DNA of 64,000 nucleotides from an uncultured virus (IMG/VR IMGVR_UViG_3300028196_000002) (lineage: Duplodnaviria > Heunggongvirae > Uroviricota > Caudoviricetes): IMG/VR virus record IMGVR_UViG_3300028196_000002; one strand, given 5' to 3'. The translations under genes were made by a program, and so were the position numbers. How positions within the stretch are numbered: the first letter of the stretch is position 1; every line of letters begins with the position of its first letter. Below are positions 60,071-64,000 of the stretch, piece by piece. Under the pieces are notes generated by a model, which was not told the DNA's origin, made no database searches, and saw only the letters and a program-made list of their open reading frames with translations.

Positions 60071-61333
60071 ATGAGTAAAAAATCCATTTTAGAACAAGCA
60101 TTGCTTCAAGTACAAGACCTTGAAGAGGCAGTAAAGGCAAACGCAAAAGGTATACTTGCTTCAACCATGAAGGAAGAACTAAACGATGTCCTAAACGAAT
60201 CTATGGAACAAGAGGAAGTTGAACTTTCTACTAAAGAAGACGAACAAGATATGCCAGTCTCGGAACAAGGAATTGATGACGAGGAAGGAAATGATGACGA
60301 AACTTCGATAAACGACGAGCCAACAGACGACGTTGATCCAGACATGGAAGATGAAGAGGGTGAAGACGAATCAGACGACGAATTATCTATAGATGATGAG
60401 GACGAAGATTTTTCATTACCAATGGATTCTGAAGAAGAAGGAGAAGACGAAGTACTCGACATGACCGACGCATCTGACGATGAAGTCCTAAAGGTATTCA
60501 AATCAATGAAACCTGAAGACGGAATTGTTGTGAAACGTGACGGTGATAATGTTGAACTCGAGGACGGAGACGACGAATACATCATCAAATTAGATGACGA
60601 AGAAAGTGAAGTCGAAGAAACAGAATACAACGAAGAGGTATCTGAAGAAGACGTTGAGGAATCAGAAGTATCTGAAACTGATGACACTGTCTACGAAATT
60701 GAATTAGAAGACGTATCCGAAGAAGAAGTCTCTGAAGAAGAAGTTTCCGAAGAGGAGGTATCTGAAGAAGAAATTGACGAATCAGAAGTATCTGAGGAGG
60801 AAATGGAAGAAGAAGTCTCTGAAGAGGAAGAATCTCATGAAGAGGAAGTCGACGAAGCTGCGAGAACAAAATCCAATGTACATGGTGACAAGGGAGGTGC
60901 TAACAGAGCCGGTATTAAGTCTAAGACTAAATATAAGGCAGGTGCAATCAACGAAGAAGTTGAAACTTTAAGAAAACAAAACGGTGAATATAAAAAGGCG
61001 TTAGTTTTATTTAAAGAGAAACTAAACGAGGTTGCTGTGTTTAACGCTAACTTGGCATACGCTACAAGATTGTTCACAGAACATTCGACAACTCGTCAAG
61101 AGAAATTGAATATTTTGAAAAGATTTGACTCTGTCAGTTCTTTAACAGAATCTAAATCCACTTATAAAGTAATAGAAGGTGAATTAGGTTCAAAACAAAA
61201 TGTTACTGAGTCGGTTGCCAAAGCAATCGTTTCAACTCCGACATCATCCTCATCTCAAGAAGTACTTTCAGAAACGAAAGCATATGAAAGTCCACAATTC
61301 AAGAGAATGAAAGATTTAATGTCAAAATTATAA
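60071..61333 (+). CDS. Prohead scaffold/core protein
   Basis: Very acidic, EEVSE repeats, between protease and capsid genes. Confidence 0.8.
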   Translation: MSKKSILEQALLQVQDLEEAVKANAKGILASTMKEELNDVLNESMEQEEVELSTKEDEQDMPVSEQGIDDEEGNDDETSINDEPTDDVDPDMEDEEGEDESDDELSIDDEDEDFSLPMDSEEEGEDEVLDMTDASDDEVLKVFKSMKPEDGIVVKRDGDNVELEDGDDEYIIKLDDEESEVEETEYNEEVSEEDVEESEVSETDDTVYEIELEDVSEEEVSEEEVSEEEVSEEEIDESEVSEEEMEEEVSEEEESHEEEVDEAARTKSNVHGDKGGANRAGIKSKTKYKAGAINEEVETLRKQNGEYKKALVLFKEKLNEVAVFNANLAYATRLFTEHSTTRQEKLNILKRFDSVSSLTESKSTYKVIEGELGSKQNVTESVAKAIVSTPTSSSSQEVLSETKAYESPQFKRMKDLMSKL

Positions 61334-61368
61334 TAAAATAAATAAAAAAACTAAAACTTACATTTAAA

Positions 61369-63093
61369 ATGGGAGCATTATTAGAATCAGGTATGGTTGG
61401 TAACATTGGGTTAAAACACCTAAGAGTTATCAAAGAAGATACCATCAAAAAATGGGATGACCTAGGTTTCTTAGAGGGACTTAATGGACATCAAAAAGAT
61501 AACATCGCTCAGTTATATGAAAACCAAGCGTCTTATCTAATTAACGAAGCTGCTGTGTCTGACGCATCAGGTTCATTCGAAACAGTTGTTTTTCCAATTA
61601 TTAGAAGAGTATTCTCTAAATTATTGGCAAACGATATCGTTTCTGTACAAGCTATGAACTTACCAATTGGTAAATTGTTCTACTTTGTACCTAAAATCGG
61701 TGAAAGAGATGCAAATGGTAATCACAAGAAACCTTATGGTGTACCAAACGGAGATAATGACGTAGCAAACGGAAACTTTGACGGTGGAAGAAATCTTTAT
61801 GATAGATTCTACGAAGAAGGTGACGGTGCTGATGAAGGTCTGTTTGACTACTCTAAAGGTGCGTACACTGAACAAGCTCTTACAGGAGCCAAATTCGTAA
61901 CATTTGCAAACGGAGTGGCAACTGAGTCAGATACTTTAGTGGCAGGTACTTATTCATCTGCGATTGTTAAAGTTGGTGGTTTCACTAAATTAGGATCAGG
62001 TAAACTTTCAGGACCTAATGGTAACGAAATGGATACTGAAGAATTTTTAGCATCTTTAGAAATATCTCACGCTAATATTAACGATGGAGTTAAATTACCT
62101 TTTAACGTTGTAACTCAAAAATACGGAAACGGAATCGTTGAGTACGGTAAAAAAGGAAATGGGATAACAGGAGAATATCCTGATATCGTAGATAAAGACG
62201 GTGTAATTTTCCTACAAATTGATATGGAAACATATAAATCGGGAGAAGGTTATGCGGCTGAAGTATTAGCTGCTGATATTAACGCAACTGATTTAGCAGG
62301 AACTTACAGACAGTATGGTTCACTTGAATTCGAAGATGAAATCGGAGAAGTATCTTTCGATTTAGATTCTGTAACAGTTTCTGTTACTGAAAGAAAGTTA
62401 AGAGCTAGCTGGTCTCCTGAATTGGCTCAGGATGTATCTGCTTTCCATAACATCGACGCTGAGGCTGAGTTAACTGCATTGTTATCTGAGCAAATCGCGG
62501 CTGAGGTTGATAGAGAGATCTTAAGAGACTTAAGAAAAGGTGCAGCTTGGAACCTTAAATGGGACTACAATGAGTGGAAATACGGTGGAGACGCTGGAAA
62601 AACACTACAGGGTTATACTCAAAAGGATTGGAACCAAACGTTAATTACTAAAATTAACCAATTATCGGCTCAAATCCATAAAACTACACTTAGAGGTGGT
62701 GCTAACTGGATCGTTGTTTCTTCTGAAGTTTCAGCTGTATTCGATGATTTAGAGTACTTCCACGTATCTAACGCAGGTGCAGAACAAGATCAGTACAATA
62801 TGGGTATTGAGAAAGTTGGTACTTTAGCAGGAAGATACCAAGTGTATAGAGATCCTTACTTCCCAGCGGGTAAAGTATTGGTTGGACATAAAGGAAAGTC
62901 GTTATTAGACGCAGGGTACATTTACGCACCTTACGTACCGTTACAACTTACACCTACAATGTACAATCCATTCAACTTTACACCGATCAAGGGTATCATG
63001 ACGAGATACGCTAAGAAAATGGTTAATAACCGTTACTTCGGTGTAATAAACGTTGCAGGATTACAAACATTCAACTTAGATACTTTAAGATAA
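61369..63093 (+). CDS. Major capsid protein (T4 gp23-like)
   Basis: VSVQAM..P.G..F; RKLRASWSPELAQD; YAPYVPL; GIMTRY. Confidence 0.96.
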   Translation: MGALLESGMVGNIGLKHLRVIKEDTIKKWDDLGFLEGLNGHQKDNIAQLYENQASYLINEAAVSDASGSFETVVFPIIRRVFSKLLANDIVSVQAMNLPIGKLFYFVPKIGERDANGNHKKPYGVPNGDNDVANGNFDGGRNLYDRFYEEGDGADEGLFDYSKGAYTEQALTGAKFVTFANGVATESDTLVAGTYSSAIVKVGGFTKLGSGKLSGPNGNEMDTEEFLASLEISHANINDGVKLPFNVVTQKYGNGIVEYGKKGNGITGEYPDIVDKDGVIFLQIDMETYKSGEGYAAEVLAADINATDLAGTYRQYGSLEFEDEIGEVSFDLDSVTVSVTERKLRASWSPELAQDVSAFHNIDAEAELTALLSEQIAAEVDREILRDLRKGAAWNLKWDYNEWKYGGDAGKTLQGYTQKDWNQTLITKINQLSAQIHKTTLRGGANWIVVSSEVSAVFDDLEYFHVSNAGAEQDQYNMGIEKVGTLAGRYQVYRDPYFPAGKVLVGHKGKSLLDAGYIYAPYVPLQLTPTMYNPFNFTPIKGIMTRYAKKMVNNRYFGVINVAGLQTFNLDTLR

Positions 63094-63118
63094 TATATCT
63101 TTAAGTTCTATTAATATT

Positions 63119-63147
63119 AAAGGGGATCGATTCGGTCCCCTTTTTTT
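63119..63147 (+). terminator. Terminator after major capsid gene
   Basis: AAAGGGGATCG-ATT-CGGTCCCCTTTTTTT. Confidence 0.85.
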
Positions 63148-63176
63148 ATTGCATTATTTTCCGTATATTATAACTT

Positions 63177-63617
63177 ATGATATGGAAAGATTACTTTGTT
63201 AGTATTGCAGAACAAGTTAAAGAAAAGTCTAAAGACATTAAGACTAAAATAGGTGCCGTTATTGTTGGTAAGGACAATGAAATTCTAAGTACGGGATATA
63301 ACTCATTCCCAAGAGGATTAAACGATAATGTGGTTCAGAGACAAGAACGACCTGAAAAATACTTTTGGTTTGAACACGCTGAAAGAAACGCCATATATAA
63401 TGCTGCGAGAATAGGTGTATCACTAAAACAATCCACAGTATATCTAACTTCAGGACTACCATGTATGGACTGTGCAAGAGGTTTGGTACAATCGGGGGTA
63501 ATAAAGATTGTCTGTAAAGAACATTGTACCACTAAGAATTTAGGTAAGTGGAAAGAAAGTCAAGAACGATCTCTTATTTTGTTAAATGAGTGTGGGGTAG
63601 AAGTCGAGTTTTATTAA
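63177..63617 (+). CDS. dCMP deaminase
   Basis: HAERNAI; PCMDC. Confidence 0.9.
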   Translation: MIWKDYFVSIAEQVKEKSKDIKTKIGAVIVGKDNEILSTGYNSFPRGLNDNVVQRQERPEKYFWFEHAERNAIYNAARIGVSLKQSTVYLTSGLPCMDCARGLVQSGVIKIVCKEHCTTKNLGKWKESQERSLILLNECGVEVEFY

Positions 63618-63885
63618 GTTTCCTTATTTTTACATTTAAGTCTCCACTTCCCTTAATAACCCTATGGAATTCTCCTTCAGGTATTGTAACAACTAAACCT
63701 TTTGTAATTTTAATTGGAAGTTCATTATCCATTTGAAACGACCAATCACTTTCATGTAAAAAAGTAACTTCACGATCTTCATTATCGAAGTGCCATTTTA
63801 ATTCAGACTCATTAATATCCCTTGGAAATATCCTTGTACTGTAATTGTTATACAATATTTCCCTAAATGGTAAAGTTTCTCCCAT
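63574..63885 (-). CDS. Cupin-fold protein
   Basis: WHFD.EDR...IPEGEFHRVIKG. Confidence 0.65.
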   Translation of the reverse strand: MGETLPFREILYNNYSTRIFPRDINESELKWHFDNEDREVTFLHESDWSFQMDNELPIKITKGLVVTIPEGEFHRVIKGSGDLNVKIRKLNKTRLLPHTHLTK

Positions 63886-64000
63886 TAAAGTGTAAAGTTT
63901 TTCTTATTACTTTGTTTAATGATGTCCATCAGTGAATTAAAGACAGATTTTTCATTAATATATAGTCCTCTAATTATTATTTTACCGTATTCTATTAATG

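Noticed and set aside
60715..60835. 15-bp tandem repeats as a DNA element
   Set aside because: They encode EEVSE repeats of the scaffold protein
51040..61077. Ser-rich minus-strand ORFs (51040, 57709, 59527, 60106, 60835 and similar)
   Set aside because: Antisense shadows of acidic GAA/GAT-rich genes
1..64000. Stop-codon reassignment, and introns or inteins in core genes
   Set aside because: Terminase, portal, capsid and Clp genes are full length in code 11; no suppressor tRNA; no obvious intervening sequence

Overview
A 64-kb, AT-rich segment of a large T4-like tailed phage (probably jumbo-sized). The host is most likely Bacteroidota/Flavobacteriales, judged from TAnnTTTG early promoters, a T9SS sorting tail and a phage bS21. 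Standard genetic code. Layout: (1) 1-5.1 kb, minus-strand early cassettes (promoter-gene-terminator) separated by spacers carrying about 19 copies of a 12-bp motif, next to a ParB-like gene and a GC-rich junction that may be a terminus or origin; (2) 5-36 kb, accessory genes: nucleotide-sugar and glycosyltransferase genes, ferredoxin, GMP reductase, wall hydrolases, and many late proteins sharing an N-terminal TExQL motif; (3) 36-39.5 kb, RNA cluster with tmRNA, four tRNAs and candidate sRNAs; (4) 39.6-46.6 kb, holin/endolysin followed by a secreted PA14/cohesin/dockerin/T9SS/CsgG-like operon; (5) an N-domain-less ClpC and Hsp20; (6) head module (terminase, portal, bS21, protease, scaffold, major capsid). 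Best leads: two mutually complementary late sRNAs 10 kb apart, one carrying a perfect Shine-Dalgarno sequence; the T9SS cohesin-dockerin surface module; the early-region operator array; and a possible phage proteolysis circuit (tmRNA tag, ClpC, UVR-motif proteins). All calls come from reading motifs by eye; no searches were run.
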